A stretch of DNA of 64,000 bases, taken from positions 531,622 through 595,621 of the forward strand of contig NW_015159728.1 of NCBI RefSeq assembly GCF_001447785.1. The letters run 5' to 3'. Each line of letters opens with the position of its first letter. Position 1 is the stretch's first letter. Position numbers and translations under genes: made by a program. Positions 11,650 to 25,063 of this stretch are shown one piece after another. Below the pieces are notes generated by a model, which was not told the origin of the DNA, did no database searches, and worked only from the letters and a program-made list of their open reading frames with translations. This stretch comes from Gekko japonicus. Taxonomy: Eukaryota.

Positions 11650-12235
11650 TACCTAGCAACAGACAGTATGTACTATGCACAGTCCACAGTCACGATCCCT
11701 TTATCACAGAATGTTTCTAAAACCATTTTGTTACAGTATAGCCCTACTGCCTATGAAAAAAGCACTCCTGAATTATTCAGTTTTGCATAGTTTGAAGAAA
11801 AGACAGGAGGGTGGGAGCCTTTCAGCCCTCCCCCAGCAGGCCATGCCAGAAGATGGAGGTCACAACAGAGAATTCACATGTATGGGCAGTTGCTGATTTT
11901 GCCCATTTGCAGTGAGCAAAACTGTTGTGGTGGAAGGGGGGGGGAGGTGGTCCCACAGAGATGAGGAACCAAAGCCATGAAGGGCTTTGAATGTGACAGC
12001 CAATATCTTCAATTGAGTCCTGTAATTAATGGGCAGCCCTGTAACTAACGGAGTGACTGCGAAATGGGAGTAAGGTGCATGTTCTTCCTAGTTCCCGGTA
12101 AGAACTGAGCTGCAGCATTCTGGACCAGCTGAAATCTCTGAGCTGACTTCAAGGCAAGACCTATGTAGACTGCATTGCAGTAGTCAAGTCTCAATGCTCC
12201 TGTGGTGTAAATCCAGGTAGATAGATAAACTGTGG
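11650..12235 (-). mobile_element. L2 LINE 3' fragment
   Basis: Minus-strand peptide LRLDYCNAVYIGL..QLVQNAAA, typical L2 ORF2 C-terminus. Confidence 0.8.
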
Positions 12236-12237
12236 CT

Positions 12238-12382
12238 GTGGCCACACACTCTAAATAAAGCAATTTCAGTCCACTTTCAATGCACTTTCCAACTGGATTT
12301 TGACAGTTCACACAGTAAAATCCAATTGGAAAGTGCACTGAAAGTGGATTGAAAGTGGATAATTTATTGTGTGTGTGACCGC
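12238..12382. mobile_element. Palindromic MITE
   Basis: Fold-back GTGGCCACACAC..GTGTGTGACCGC with internal TCCACTTTCAATGCACTTTCCAA / TTGGAAAGTGCACTGAAAGTGGA; related split copy at about 18510-19030. Confidence 0.7.
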
Positions 12383-12827
12383 AGAGAGTGTGTGTGAAAG
12401 CACCCCAGAGTAGATGTCCAAAGGAACCTTAGCTGAATGGAAATATCCTGAACCATAGGTGAAGAGCTGGGAGTGCATGTCTGCAGCTGCAGTCCTGAGG
12501 GTCCTTTCTTCAGAGTAAGCCACAATGAGTAACATGGGCCTCACTTCTGAGCAGACCTCCTGAGGTCCCTCCCCATGTCAAGCTTTCCATTACACAGGGA
12601 GGTGTCTCTGTTCGGGTTTCTCACCTAACTTGCAGGTGAGCTTAGAGGAGAGGGGGCTCAAGACACTTGTGTCAGGAGCATTTCCCATCCCCGTAGTAGA
12701 GACAGAGCCGCAGCAATGTGGCCAGACAGAAGCAAAGCTGTTCCGTGCAGAACAACAAAACTTCAGTTCCTGCCATGTTCTTTCAGGCCTTAGTAGCAAC
12801 AGGAAAGAGCCCCTGTGGGAGATCAAC

Positions 12828-13014
12828 TAGGGTTACCAACTCAAGGTTGGGAAATACCTGGAGATTTTGGGGGCTGAGCCTGAGGAGGGCAGGTTTGGGG
12901 AGGGGAGGGACTTCAATGGGTTATATCGCCATAGAGCCCACCATTCAAAGCAGCCATTTTCTCCAGGTGAACTGATCTCTGTTGCCTGCAACCATCTGGA
13001 GGTTGGCAACTCTA
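12828..13014. mobile_element. TAGGGTTGCCA-type non-autonomous DNA element (older copy)
   Basis: TAGGGTTACCAAC..GTTGGCAACTCTA termini; related copies at about 14016-14200 and 55700-55912. Confidence 0.65.
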
Positions 13015-13324
13015 AGGATGTCCCAGAGCAGCCATGGAGGAAGGGCTACCTACGCCTCATCTCAGCGGGTGAGGTAAGGAGAACCTTCTGTGGTGCTGGA
13101 CAGGTGTCCTTGTGAAAGGAAAGGGCCAGGGCAAAGGGGCTCTTTCTTTCCCCCCCTCCTCATCCAGGAAACATGAGAGCCACCTTGCGGAATTCTTTCT
13201 GTGGTGGTGTGAATGAAGAGAGACAGTGGTCTCTTCCCTGGCCTTAGAAAGGCCACAGTTTATGGGAATTCTTTTTATTCCTTTGTGAATTACATGGCTC
13301 CCTCAATGCACTTCACCTTGAGCA

Positions 13325-13676
13325 GAAGAAGAGAAGAAGAGATTGGATTTACACCCCACCCTTCACTCAGAGTCTCAGAGCAGCTTACAAACTCCTTTCC
13401 CTTCCCCTCCCCTCCCCACAACAGAGACCCTGTGAGGTAGGTGGGGCTGAGAGAGCTTTCAAGGACAGCTCTGACAGAACTATGGCTTGCCTAAGGTCAT
13501 CTAGCAGCTGCAAGTGGAGGACTGGGGAATCAAACCCGATGCTCCCAGATTAGAGGACAGCTCTGACAGAACTATCCCTTGCCTAAGGTCATCTAGCAGC
13601 TGCAAGTGGAGGACTGGGGAATCAAACCTGATGCTCCCAGATTAGAGTCCGCACACTGAACCACTACACCAAACTG
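13325..13676 (-). mobile_element. Squam3-like SINE with a 92-bp internal tandem duplication
   Basis: Same family as 10446-10722; unit 13462-13553 repeated at 13554-13645. Confidence 0.85.
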
Positions 13677-15155
13677 CCTCTCTCACAAACAAGAACAGAA
13701 GAGAGGAGACCCCGCCCTGGGGGCCACTTGTCTCAGCTCGCTCCAGGGCTGTTTTAATGCCCCAGTCCTATGGCAGAGTGGCTGTCCACACCATTAAGTG
13801 CACCGTACCTTCCCTCCATGCCTTTCCTCACATTTTAATCCCTCCTTCCCTGCCTCCCTCCCAGGAGCTTGAGGCCGTGATAAGCCCCTGCCCCATTTCC
13901 TCATGACAACAGTCCTTTGAGAGAGGTTAGAGCTTGGCCCAAGGTCACCCTTCCCCCTTCCTTTTCCCTCCGTAAAGAGACCACCGAGTCCTACTCTTTG
14001 ATTGGCTCTGTGGGTAGGGTTGCCAGCTCTGGATTGGGAAAATACCTGGGGTTTGGGGAGGGCAGGGGAGGGACTCCGATGGGTTATAATGCCACAGAGT
14101 CCACGTTCCAAAGCAGCCATTTTCTCTGCCTGAACTGGTATCTACTGCCTGGAGATCAGTTATAATCCCAGGAGAGCTCCAGATACCACCTGGAGATTAT
14201 AACACCTGAGTGATGGAGTGCAGTTGGGAACAGAGGAGAAGCGCTTGTTCCCTCAACCCTTTCCCAGGTGAATGAAGAGCTGATATCAGGGAGTCCATGT
14301 GCATTCAGAAGGAAAAGAGCTGTGGTTGACTGCTTATGCATATGCACAAATGGCAATTTTAAAAAAAATGGCACCCGCGGGTATGCTCCACAGTTATGGT
14401 GCGGGAAGTGTGAACACTCAACCGGGAGCATCTGCATGCTGAGGCAGATGACGGGTACAATGTCTCAATGACATTCTCTGGAATAACCAAGACATCTGAT
14501 TGGAGCCCCGGTCTTGCCAGAGCAACCCTGCGAGGCAGGAGATGGGTGATCCAAGAAGAATTAGGCTCTTCCAGGTCCATTGAAATCATTGGGTTTAGGA
14601 AGGATGTAATTCTACTTGGGATCATACCGCAAGAGTATTCAATGGCTGAGTGCAGATTAGAAACCATGTCTTTCTAGTCCGGTACTCTAATCGCTACACT
14701 ACCTGGGCTTCCTTCTAGACAAGAAGGTGGATCTGGCCATCCCCCCAAATACCCTTCCTCCAACTTATATGGCTTTTCCTCCCACTTCAGTAGATCTTCC
14801 TCCTACAGAAGAGCCACTTAAGTTGGAAGAAGATTCCTTAGATTGGAGGAAGCCTTTAAACTTGAGCCAAAAGGAAAGGTGAGGTATAATATTTTTGAAT
14901 ACTGCATGCAGGGTATCAGTATTTATTAATAAATGAATTGACGAAGGATTCATGAATCCCAGGAGAAAAGGAAGTAATGTATGCTGCTAGAAGAGGGATG
15001 ATATGGAATTGTAAAGGAATAGTAGCCTGAGGAAGCCTCCGTGGACTATCCACTAAGGATAGCAACCAGGTGTTAAGGGTTAAAAAACCATTTAAAGTCA
15101 TAAAAATAACTCAGAAAACACTAGAATGCAATGGATAGACTCCGTTTGGACAATC

Positions 15156-15746
15156 TGTCACAACCCCCCCCCCCCCAAAGGGGTCTGTCCCTTGGGTTGT
15201 TCAAATCAGCTTGGTGGTGTGGAAAACATGGTGGTGTTTTAAATTCTTTCTGGTTGTGTGAATTAGAGTTCTGGGTTAGTAACTTATTCCAATTGTTCTT
15301 AGAAACAGAATCAAATTTATTTACAAAAATAGTACAACAATAAAACATACAAATAGGGGGAAAGGATATGTACATAGAATAAAGACGAACAAAACCAACC
15401 TAGCTCTTTATCTATCGCACTGACGCTGAGCAGCTTGTTTCCAGCAGCAGATGCCGAAGCAGAGTTCACCGAGGAATAAATAGCCTCCTCCTCCAGGCTC
15501 ACCAGTTCTTCAACCAAAGCCTCCTCCCATCACTCTCTAGCATCTTCTTGCCTGCGAGGGTGGGTGTAACTCTCTCTCAAAGTTCCTGGCATCTCCTGGG
15601 ATCCTTCTTCTTAGCTGTCCCTGCCTCCTAGCTAAATGCTAGTCCAGCTGTCATGTGTTAATTGATAGACCAATCACCAACTTAGATCAATCAATCTAGA
15701 TCAAGAACTGTCAAAGATCTTGGGCTGTCATGCTGTTGTTTTGACA
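15156..15746 (-). mobile_element. Probable solo LTR
   Basis: TGTCA..TGACA termini, minus-strand AATAAA near 15316; no clean TSD. Confidence 0.45.
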
Positions 15747-16803
15747 GCTTCTAGCTGGGTGCTGTTAGGTAATTTGTAACAGGTGCTCATTATCCAGTGA
15801 CACTGTAGGCCTAATACAATCCAGATACAATTTAGGCATAATAACTTTACTGAAACATGCAAAGACTTAGGTCTTAAAGACCCAGCTACGTGACAGCCAT
15901 AACAACTGAAGGGACAAATCATGGCAAGCCAGACCGGCAATGGCCAGAAATGAGGGAATGCTAGATTGCCGGGCCACCATCATTCAAATTCTGAGAGTCA
16001 TTGGGCAGGGTCTGATGATGTCCGAGGTGGCTGGGTGAGGAGGACCTCGTGATGCCCCACATGGAATAACTATATCTGTAGCAGTATGGCTGCACACCAC
16101 TAGCATTTGAGGGTAGTCACAACCAAAGATGGCTTTGAAGAGGTGGATCGTATAGCAGATGAAAGACTTTAAACACTGGAAACTGAGTCTGTTTAGTGTG
16201 AAAAAATCACTATCAGACTATTGCCTCCCATCTCCAGTTGATGAGTTGCCACAAACAGGCATGCACAGAAATCTTCAGACAGCCACATCTCTCTAACGTG
16301 GCCTACCATCAACCGTCAAGGGAAAAGGGATTCGCTGATAATCATATTAGGAGTCCCATGTGCTGATCCGTGTGCCTATAATCTTCTCTCAAGAGACGTT
16401 GCAGGACAGGAGGCATTGATGTGTGTGTTTGAGTGGTGGTGGTGGGTTAAGATCAGTGTTGCCAGTCCCTGAGTGGGGGCTGGGGATCCCCCACCACAGC
16501 TCCTGTTTCCCACAATTGTGGGAGGAAAATGAAAAAAACAAAATGGCTGTCAGGCCTATGGCATGAAATCACTTCTGGGGGGAGCCCAGAAATGATATCA
16601 CATCTCTCTAGTAATTGCTGAAAACCCTATAGTAACACCACAGAAATTTCCAGTGATTCCAAGAGATGTGTGAAATCACTCTCATGTTTCCCTCCAGAAA
16701 TTTTCCCTGAAAACTCTATGGTTTTACAACAGAGTTTCTGGGGATTCCTAGAGAGGCATGACATGACTTCTGGATTTCCCCCCAAAGTGGTATCACACTA
16801 TTG

Positions 16804-17143
16804 TAGGGTTCCCAAATGTGCCCGGGGGGCGGGGAACCCCCCACTTCGGAGCCCCCGAGTTCCGCCCCGGAGGAATCCGGGCCCGGGGGAAACCCCGCCC
16901 CTGAAGCTGCGTCAGCGGAGGTGACGCAGTCACATCGCTGACGTTGGAGGCGTGGCTGAGCTCGTCGGGGTGGAAAACCATATGTTCCCCCCCCCCGACG
17001 AGCTCGGCCCCGCCCCCAACGTCAGCGACGTCTGACGTCACTTCTTGTGACGTCGCAGCGGCGCGCGCGCAGGGACGAACGGCGAACTCCCGGCCGGAAC
17101 GGAGCCTCCCCCACTGGTGAGTTAAAAGGATTTGGCAACCCTA
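16804..17143. mobile_element. Young hAT-type MITE related to 231-473
   Basis: TAGGGTTCCCAAAT / ATTTGGCAACCCTA TIRs; perfect 8-bp TSD CACTATTG (16796-16803, 17144-17151); same internal hairpin as 231-473. Confidence 0.85.
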
Positions 17144-18617
17144 CACTATTGGCAACGGCTTCCCCCTTATAACCCCCCCATCTCCCACTGCTTGCCAAGG
17201 GGAATTTTCTGTGTTGCACAAGGGTTGGACTAGATGACCCTTGAGGTCCCTTCCAGCTCTGTGTTCCACTTGGGAAGGCTCAGGGTCGTAATGCAGCTCC
17301 TCCTTCCACTGCCAGCTGGCTGAGTTTCTGTTTGGGTCAGCTGGTGGTGCTGGGGAGCCACAGAGGGCTGCCGACTGCCACACTGCCACTCTTGATTGCT
17401 CTTCATGGTGCTCCACCCTCAAGCCCCTCCACCATTTTTAAGGAGCCTCACCTTGCCTGCCGATGCTGCGGTGAAGCAGGCCGATGCTCCTGGCAAACTG
17501 TCAAGCAGCTCAAGAGCCAAGTGAAAAGCTGCTGTGTAGGAATTCCCTCCTGGGCCATCATTGACATATTTCCATGAGGTTGACTGCTTTCAGTGTGGGT
17601 GGAAACCCAGATCCTGCCCTGCCTTCTCCCAGGCAGCAGGGACTCCACATCTTACCCCGCTCACAGCCTCACTGTAGCAACTTGCAGGGCCGAAAGCACC
17701 ACACAAACTTCCTGGGGGCCTCTGTGGAATGTGCAGGGCCCAGGAGGTAGGCTTGCCAAGTCCCCCCGGGGGGCAGGGAAACCCCCGCCCCAGAGGCCCA
17801 TTCCCCGGCAGCGGCGGATTGAGCCCCGGGGGGAACCCCGATGTGCGCGTCACCAGGAAGTCACCTCTTTGGGACTCTTACCACAGACACAAAACTTCCT
17901 ACTAACCACCACTTGGTATTCAAGAGCTGCACATTTGGGTTTCAGCACTTGGCAGAAGGGAAGGGGAAAGGGGAGGCAAGGAACACACTTTGACAGAGGT
18001 CTTAGAAAGAAAAGGATGAGGCTCTGAGGGAGACTGGGAATGATGATGGAGACTGGGTTAGAGTAGAGTAATCCAAAAAAGTGGATGTAGCAGGAACTGA
18101 AAGACAGATTTCCATCCAAAGGAAGACTTGAGTATGTTAAAGCACCGAACTCTCAAATGGCCAAAAAACATGGTCAGAGGCAGGATTTGGGAGTTGCCAC
18201 AGGGAGAAACTGTTCCAGAGAGCCCTAGTGTCAATGGGACCAGCGGTGTAGACTTTCCAATTTCCCGGGGGGGGCTGGGGCTGGACCAGAGGCATTGCTT
18301 TGCTAGGAGCAAGGGTGGCTCCCGGGGGAGGCTGAGTATCTTCCTGAAAATTTCGGCGGGGGCTCACGCCCCGCCGCCCCCACGAAGATTACGCCTATGA
18401 ATGGGACTGGGGTCCTGCAGGATCAGGCAAATAAGGCAATAATGATTCCAAGTTTCTGTCAGTCATCTTCTTTGCTTGGAAGGAATGTGGCACCTTGCAA
18501 GTGCCCTGGGCACTTTTTACACAAGCTAAACAATGCAGTTTCAATCCACTTCAGAAACCATTTGTGAGTGGATGTTGCCATTTCACACAGTAAAATCCAG
18601 TTGCAAAGTGGATTAAG

Positions 18618-18992
18618 ATAAGAACATAAGAGACGCCAATGTTGGATCAGGCCAAAGGCCCATCCAGTCCAACACTCTGTCACACAGTGGCCAAAAATAC
18701 CAGGTGCCAGGTCCAGCAGTGGGGCCATTACATTAGAAGCCCTCCCACTGTTGACCCCCCCAAGCACCAAGAAGACAGAGCATCACTTGCCCCAGAGCCC
18801 CTATCTATACCTTGTGGCTAATAGCCACTGATGGACCTCTGCTCCATATGCTTATCTAATTCCCTTTTGAAGCCGTCCATGCTTGTAGCTGCCACCACTT
18901 CCTGTGGCAGTGAATTCCATGTGTGAATCACTCTTTGGGTGAAGAAGTACTTCCTTTTATCCGTTCTAACCTGACCGCTCAGCAATTTCATT
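18618..18992 (-). mobile_element. CR1 LINE 3' fragment inserted in a palindromic MITE
   Basis: AAGAACATAAGAG..GGATCAGGCCAAAGGCCCATCCAGTCC is the reverse complement of a CR1 3' end; MITE halves flank it. Confidence 0.7.
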
Positions 18993-19029
18993 GGATTGGA
19001 TTGAAAGTGAATTGAAAGTATGTTTTTTC

Positions 19030-20030
19030 TTGTGGACTAGACTGAGTTGAAAGAAAACTTTTTTTGCAGCCTCATTAATGTGCATCTCCAGCAGTAATGC
19101 TGGATCCGGTATGATCCCATAGGCTCTGAGTCAGCAAAACCCCAGCTGAACCCCATTAGAGATTCTTCAAGATCTCCACCTTCACAGCCAACATAATTTC
19201 TATCTTGTCTGGGCTCAGTTCAATTTGTTCAGTTTGTTCACTTTCAGACATTTAACCAGAGCAGTCAGGCAGTGGCTCATCAGACTTCTACCTCATCACC
19301 AGGGGATTTGTATGGAAAGAGGGCAGCATATCATCAACATATTGATGACAGCCAGTTCCAAAGATACAAATGATTTCTACTAAAGGCTTTACATAGAGAT
19401 TGAATAAAATGCAGGATAAGACTGTGCCTTGTGGAACCCCACAGGACAAATCCCACACTGAAGATAACCAGTCTCCAACAGCAACTTTGAGTCCAGTCCA
19501 TGAGGAACCATTTAAACCAGTCCAAGGCACATCCCGTTCCCTACTTCTGCCTCCAAACACCTCAGCAAGATGACAAGGTCTGCTGTATCAATGGCTGCAG
19601 ATAAATTCAGCTGGAGCACCAAAGAGGCATGGCCTTTGTCTGCATTCAGATGGTGATCATCAACTAAAGTCACTGACCAAGAAATCCACTGAAGCCGTTC
19701 CATCCCATAGGCCAGCATGAAACCAGAAAAGCGTTGAGAACAGATGAGTTATCCAAGAAGACCTGCAGCTTGTCTGTTACTGTTCTCTCAATCACTTGAG
19801 ATTAGAGGCTAGGAAATAGTTGGCCACATCATTTTTCTGTAGGAATTTTTTAAAAAAGTAATGGGCAGATAACCAAAGTCTTTGAATGGCTGAGGGAAGG
19901 TACCCTGGGTTAGTGACTGATTTATTATAGATATCAAGGGCTTATTAATGTGGTCCTTACATGATTGTAGTAGCCAGGATGGGCAGGGATCCAGACCATG
20001 TGGTGACCTTCACAGATTCCAGGGTTTGCC
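19030..20030 (-). mobile_element. Degenerate L2 reverse-transcriptase fragment
   Basis: Minus-strand peptides LNLSAAIDTAD, SCGVPQGTVLSCILFNLYVKPL, HQYVDD. Confidence 0.8.
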
Positions 20031-21129
20031 ATGTATTCCTAATTTAGAAATGGTTACCTAATTAATGCATCCTCTCATTTCAATGGTTGATACTTTCCCA
20101 GATGTGGGATGGCCATTCTGGCAGCCTCCACAAATATGCTTCTTATGCTTTTGTTCCTATTATGGTCAAGCCCTGTTACACACATACATATCTTTCTTGC
20201 ACAATCAGGAGCTAAACATTACTGGGTATGGTATGGTATATCACCATATACAACATATAGTAATCACAGGAACATAAGAAGAACCTGCTGGATCAGACCT
20301 AGCATCCGGTTTCATACACTGGCCAACCAAAGAGAGCCTAGAAGCCTCCTAATACTGGTGTTCAAAATTTATTGCCTCTGGACATGGAAGTTGCCTTTGG
20401 CTATGGATGGAGATATACAACCTATTTATTTCTTCCTTCATCATAGCTAAATTTTAATAGGCTTGAGCCCAATTCATCCACTGCATCTCCTTTTTGTTTC
20501 AGCTGCAGCAGACTAATATGGCTATCCCAAAGCAATCTGAAGCCTTGTTGATTGTAGACATTTCCCCTGCAATTAATGATGACAGTAAAACCACAACCAG
20601 AGAGGTAAAATTGTTGGGATAGCGCATCAGAATCTCAGTTAAACTGGAATTAAAGCCAAACTCCTTTTCAGCTGGAGACAAAGTAGGCTTACTCAGATCC
20701 AAGTTCCATTTATTTTGATGAGATTTACTCCCAAGTAAAAGGATTGCAGCTTTTGGGTCATCTTACAGACCACTTTCAGGATGCAAGTTTACACATAGTT
20801 ACTTAAACCCTCTTGACTTTAGTGTGGCTTATTTCTAAGTAAACATACACAGAATCGGACTACAGAGCAACAATCCTAAATCCTTTCTTGAAGCAGTCAC
20901 ACTGAAATCAATTGATGGGTCACTTGCTGTTGCAGGGAGACAGCATGCTATTGAACTCCTGTGGCTGGTATTATAGGCGTCCAAACTATAGTCCTGTTAA
21001 GTTTGGAGAAATTATTTACTGCTGGAGCACGCCAGACAGTTTGTTGTATTTGAGACACAACAATATTCCAGACCACCACCTGCCTACAGTATAGCATAAT
21101 TCTTCATCGTGATCCAGAAAGAGGTTCTG

Positions 21130-21630
21130 TGAGAGGATGACGCTGCTTTCTGATTCTCAGTTCCTTAGTCAAAGCAAGGGTGCAGAAGCCAGACCCGCCT
21201 TTCTGCTTTTCGAGACTGGCCACAACTAGCTCCTTTGCTCACTTCGACTTCCAGCTGTCTGCAGAAAGCGGAGCGCTCACATCAGCTGACTCGGTGTTCA
21301 GACCGCCCAAACTGGTCAGGTGACCAGTGGAAGGAGGGGAACACGTGACTGGCCGCAGCTGGGTTCGGAAGGGATTTCCAGTTGCTCTTTTCCATTGCCC
21401 CTTTTCTGTGTAGGTTGGTATCTCTGGCAGTTCGTGCTCTGACAGTGCTGGGGTGCGCGGTTTTTGCAGGTGCTTTGGTGGGTGCTGCTACCTCATTGGA
21501 GGGGGGTCTGGTTTGCAGTTAGCGATTTGTTTTGAGCATGTAGCTTCTCTCTTTTTATACTAAACAAAGCCGCAGAGAGGAGTATATGAGAGACTAGGAA
21601 CTTCAGTTCCACTCCTTGGTGAGTCTGGTG
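21130..21630. promoter_or_regulatory. Putative NAGA (and possibly PHETA2) promoter / first-exon region
   Basis: Local CpG enrichment in non-repeat sequence between divergent genes; E-boxes ATCAGCTGAC (21281), GTCAGGTGAC (21315), CACGTGAC (21342); candidate + strand donor GTGAGT near 21619. Confidence 0.55.
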
Positions 21631-24600
21631 AATGCATGTTTGTTTGCTTCTTTAAATGCTTCCTTTCACTTAAGCTTGTCTGCTAGCAGTCTGGAGGTTG
21701 CTGAACTATTTCTACAGGATCTCTTAGGGTGACTATATAGAATTCGTGTTGTGTGTTCTTTAGTCGCCTGTTGTTGGAAGAGTGAAATGGTACACGTCTA
21801 CTATGCTCTGGAAGCTTTAGTTCATGGTTCCCCCCTGGGGTTTTTATGCCTTACTCTATAAAGGTGGCATCCACCCATGAAGCTTAATGCTTTTCTCCAG
21901 TGAACTATTTGCAAACTGTTGCTTAGATGTGGATTTGCAGGTAGGCTGCTGTGTTGTAAGTGCATCCGTTACTTCACAGCAGCCAAAGAAGCAAGTGTAA
22001 CTCATGTATTAGCTGTCTGTCAATTGGCTTTGAATGGTGGCTGTAATTCGCTGGGTTGTTCTAATACCCTAGGGAGTTCAGACAGTATTGCAGTCTCTGA
22101 GTGGAGTGAATCTCTGTTCTGTATATAGTTCATCCCCAAAGGATGATAAAGAAAATCAAATGTTTGTGTTGAGCCACCTCATGTTCCCTCTCCAAGGGCC
22201 AATTCAGATGTTCAGAAAAAGGCAGTGTTTGTGGTTAATTGTTGGGCTTCCATGCCACACCATCACACAGTGTATCAAGACTGTCTGTGGAAGTCATCAA
22301 CTACCTCTAATTTGTTGAGCTACTTTCCTGGGCACCAGGGTTCCCAACCGAGATTGAACTGTGTTTCAGAATCCTGATTACTAGGAAATAATCTCATCTC
22401 AAAGTATTAATGCAATTGGAGTTCTGTCATCAGTCTCAGGGAAGGAGTGTTCAAGCCCAGCAATCACCATGATGTGTGCTGATCACAACCAAATCTAGTT
22501 TTGGTATGAAGAGGCATAGGCTACTCTGTAGAGTCCATCGAGTTCGTAAGAATCCTGTTTCATCAAGATGGGAGCACTCTAAGTAATAGTGAGGTATCTT
22601 TCATCCCTACCTTTAAAAAATCATTTCTGGCTAGCATTTGTTTCTTTTTAAAATAAATTTGTAAATGAAAATATAAATTGGAACAGTACAGCTGGATAAG
22701 TGCTTGGGTGACAGTGAATCAGAAAGATACCCCCGTGCCCCCCCCCCCGATTCTTTCCAAAACTCCTAAGGGTTCTGAGCCACCCCTCTCACAATGCACA
22801 GTGCAGCTGCTGGGGTAACAAAATACCTTTTGCTGGCAGTGAATGCAACTCCCTTGATATTCTTAAGATAATGCTTACCAAAAAAGAATGGGTAATGTGG
22901 ATCATGTTGCATAGGAAACCTATCCCGTAGACAGAAAACATTGCTCATGTTTCTCCTTAGAATACTGCTGGAATGTACAGATTTTCCTAAGCATGCGAAG
23001 CTTGCCCCACTGCGTGCATTTTAAAGTGCATTCTCTGAGAGGGGAACCATCATTCCATTTGCACATACTGCCTGGGAATGGCTGGGCAAGACAGATCCTG
23101 TACAATTGTCCTACTTGCCCAATTCCAGGATTTACCAAGACAGCAGAAGGGAAGGAAAGCCCCTTCAGTGCCCTTGTGCATTTTTAGAGGAATTCATATG
23201 CTTCCTCTCCAAAGACCTATTTATGCAGATAGGATCTATCACTCCTGTTTTACAAGGACAGGAAAATGAGGATAAGATTTGCTGATGGGATAGGCCATCC
23301 CCAGTGAAACTTAGAAATGCAAGGACAGTTGTTGTCCTGCCAGCGTTCTGTAGATTGTGCAGCTGCTGTATGTATTAGCTGACTAATCTATGCTGTCTGC
23401 TGTGAGGGGAAAATAAATACATGTCACCATTAATGCTTATCTCTGGGGGGGGGGGGCAGGCTGCACACCTTTTCATCATGCCGGAGTCTAGGCCCTCCCC
23501 ACCTTGAAACAAACAGCCATCACGGAAGGGAGGCAGCGGTGTGGCAAGGGTGCCCATACCCGGTCAAAACCTACATCCCCAGCATTTAAAGTGCTTGGAA
23601 TGTAATTGAATTGCTGTTTACTACTTGATAGGCCAATTTGGGGTTGAAAGTTGAGTGAACAATATAACCAGCATCTCTGTCCCACACCCTGGGAGTCTCT
23701 CTGTATAGGTAAAAAGTGCATGAAGTGCCTGGAACTCTGGTCAGTACTTGGCCACTTCTTTTCAGGACTTTGGATTTTGGCATCTACTGTACTCACTGTG
23801 GGTGCCATGGGAGGCAGATGATTGTAATGCTGCATCTCCTTGGAGAAAAAGAGATCCTGGGTGACAGTGTCTTATGGCAGTGCTGTTAAGGTGACATATG
23901 TCAACTGCCTGCAATGCTTGCTTTCCCATGTCAGGAGCAGGAAGATCAGGCCCACCTGCATAAGTGACCCAAGTAGCCGCTTGGATTGGCAACACTTTTA
24001 AAGCAATTGATCAAGTCTGGTATTGTATGAAATGCGTATACAACATTTCAGAGCAAGCTATGGCACACCCTAGCAAAATGTCTTAGCCCAGCCCTGGCAG
24101 TGAGAACAAGAACTAGGAATATGCTTTCCCCAGACAGTGCAGGTGATGCTGATGAATCCACAGTTCCATAGAGCCCTGGATGAAGATTCCTTCAGGCTCA
24201 TAGGAGGTTCTCTCTTTGCCGTCTTCAATAACAAGAAGAGAAGATCAGTCACTGCACAAAAGCACAGCAACCAAATAAAGTGGTTTCAGTTCCTTGCTGA
24301 TGTTGGGAGTTAGCAGCAGAGTTATGGGGAACCTTATATGCTTTCTGTTTCTCACCAAAGCTGCCTGATGTGCTTGAGGATGAAAAGAGAATGTGAAATG
24401 CTCTTATATCCACAATGTTAAATGCTGGCTTGCTTGGAGTATGAGCAATGTGCAGGAATTCCATTCTCTTGTTTTATGTCAGCTCCATTCCTCAGCCCAG
24501 ACTTGTAACTGGTTTCCTTGTGCCTAATCACCTGTAAAGAGTAAGGATGGCTATCACATAATCAGGCAGAAAAAAAGCTTTTCTAAGTGGATGTTTCTTG

Positions 24601-24636
24601 GGTCACAATTAGCTAACACCAGTATGAGAGAGCCGA

Positions 24637-25063
24637 TGTCAGAGTCTGGGTGTAATACTCTGTATTCCCGCCTAACCCCTCATTCCTGACACTCTGGCAG
24701 AGTCCCAAGTCAATCACACTCAACAACAGTCCTTAAGAGAGGTGCAGTTTATTGAGAGAGGTACTCAGGTCATCATGCGACACGCTTGTGTCAGGAATGG
24801 GGGGCTGGCGGGAATACAGAGTATTATACCCAGTTCATACAGGTCCTCCTGACGGCCGTAGACCAATAAGCAGGGGCAAGCAAGCGTGCTTAAAAGAAAA
24901 CGGCCCTCGCTCTCAGCGGTAAAAAGCAGTGCAGCCGAGCTCAGCTCCAGGGTCACAGTAGAGATAACGGGAAGAAACCAGGAGCGCATACCAGGAGGAG
25001 AGGGGAGCTGGGATGAAAGCGGCGAGGAAAACACAATCCAAGCCATGGCGGCATTAGCCGACA
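24637..25063 (-). mobile_element. Probable solo LTR with a long internal inverted repeat
   Basis: Minus strand TGTCGG..TCTGACA; TATAAT and AATAAA motifs; CpG-rich; TSD not convincing. Confidence 0.5.

Noticed and set aside
17750-18410. GC-rich patches as a CpG-island promoter
   Set aside because: 17752 onward resembles the 5' end of the TAGGGTTGCCA MITE family; probably repeat fragments
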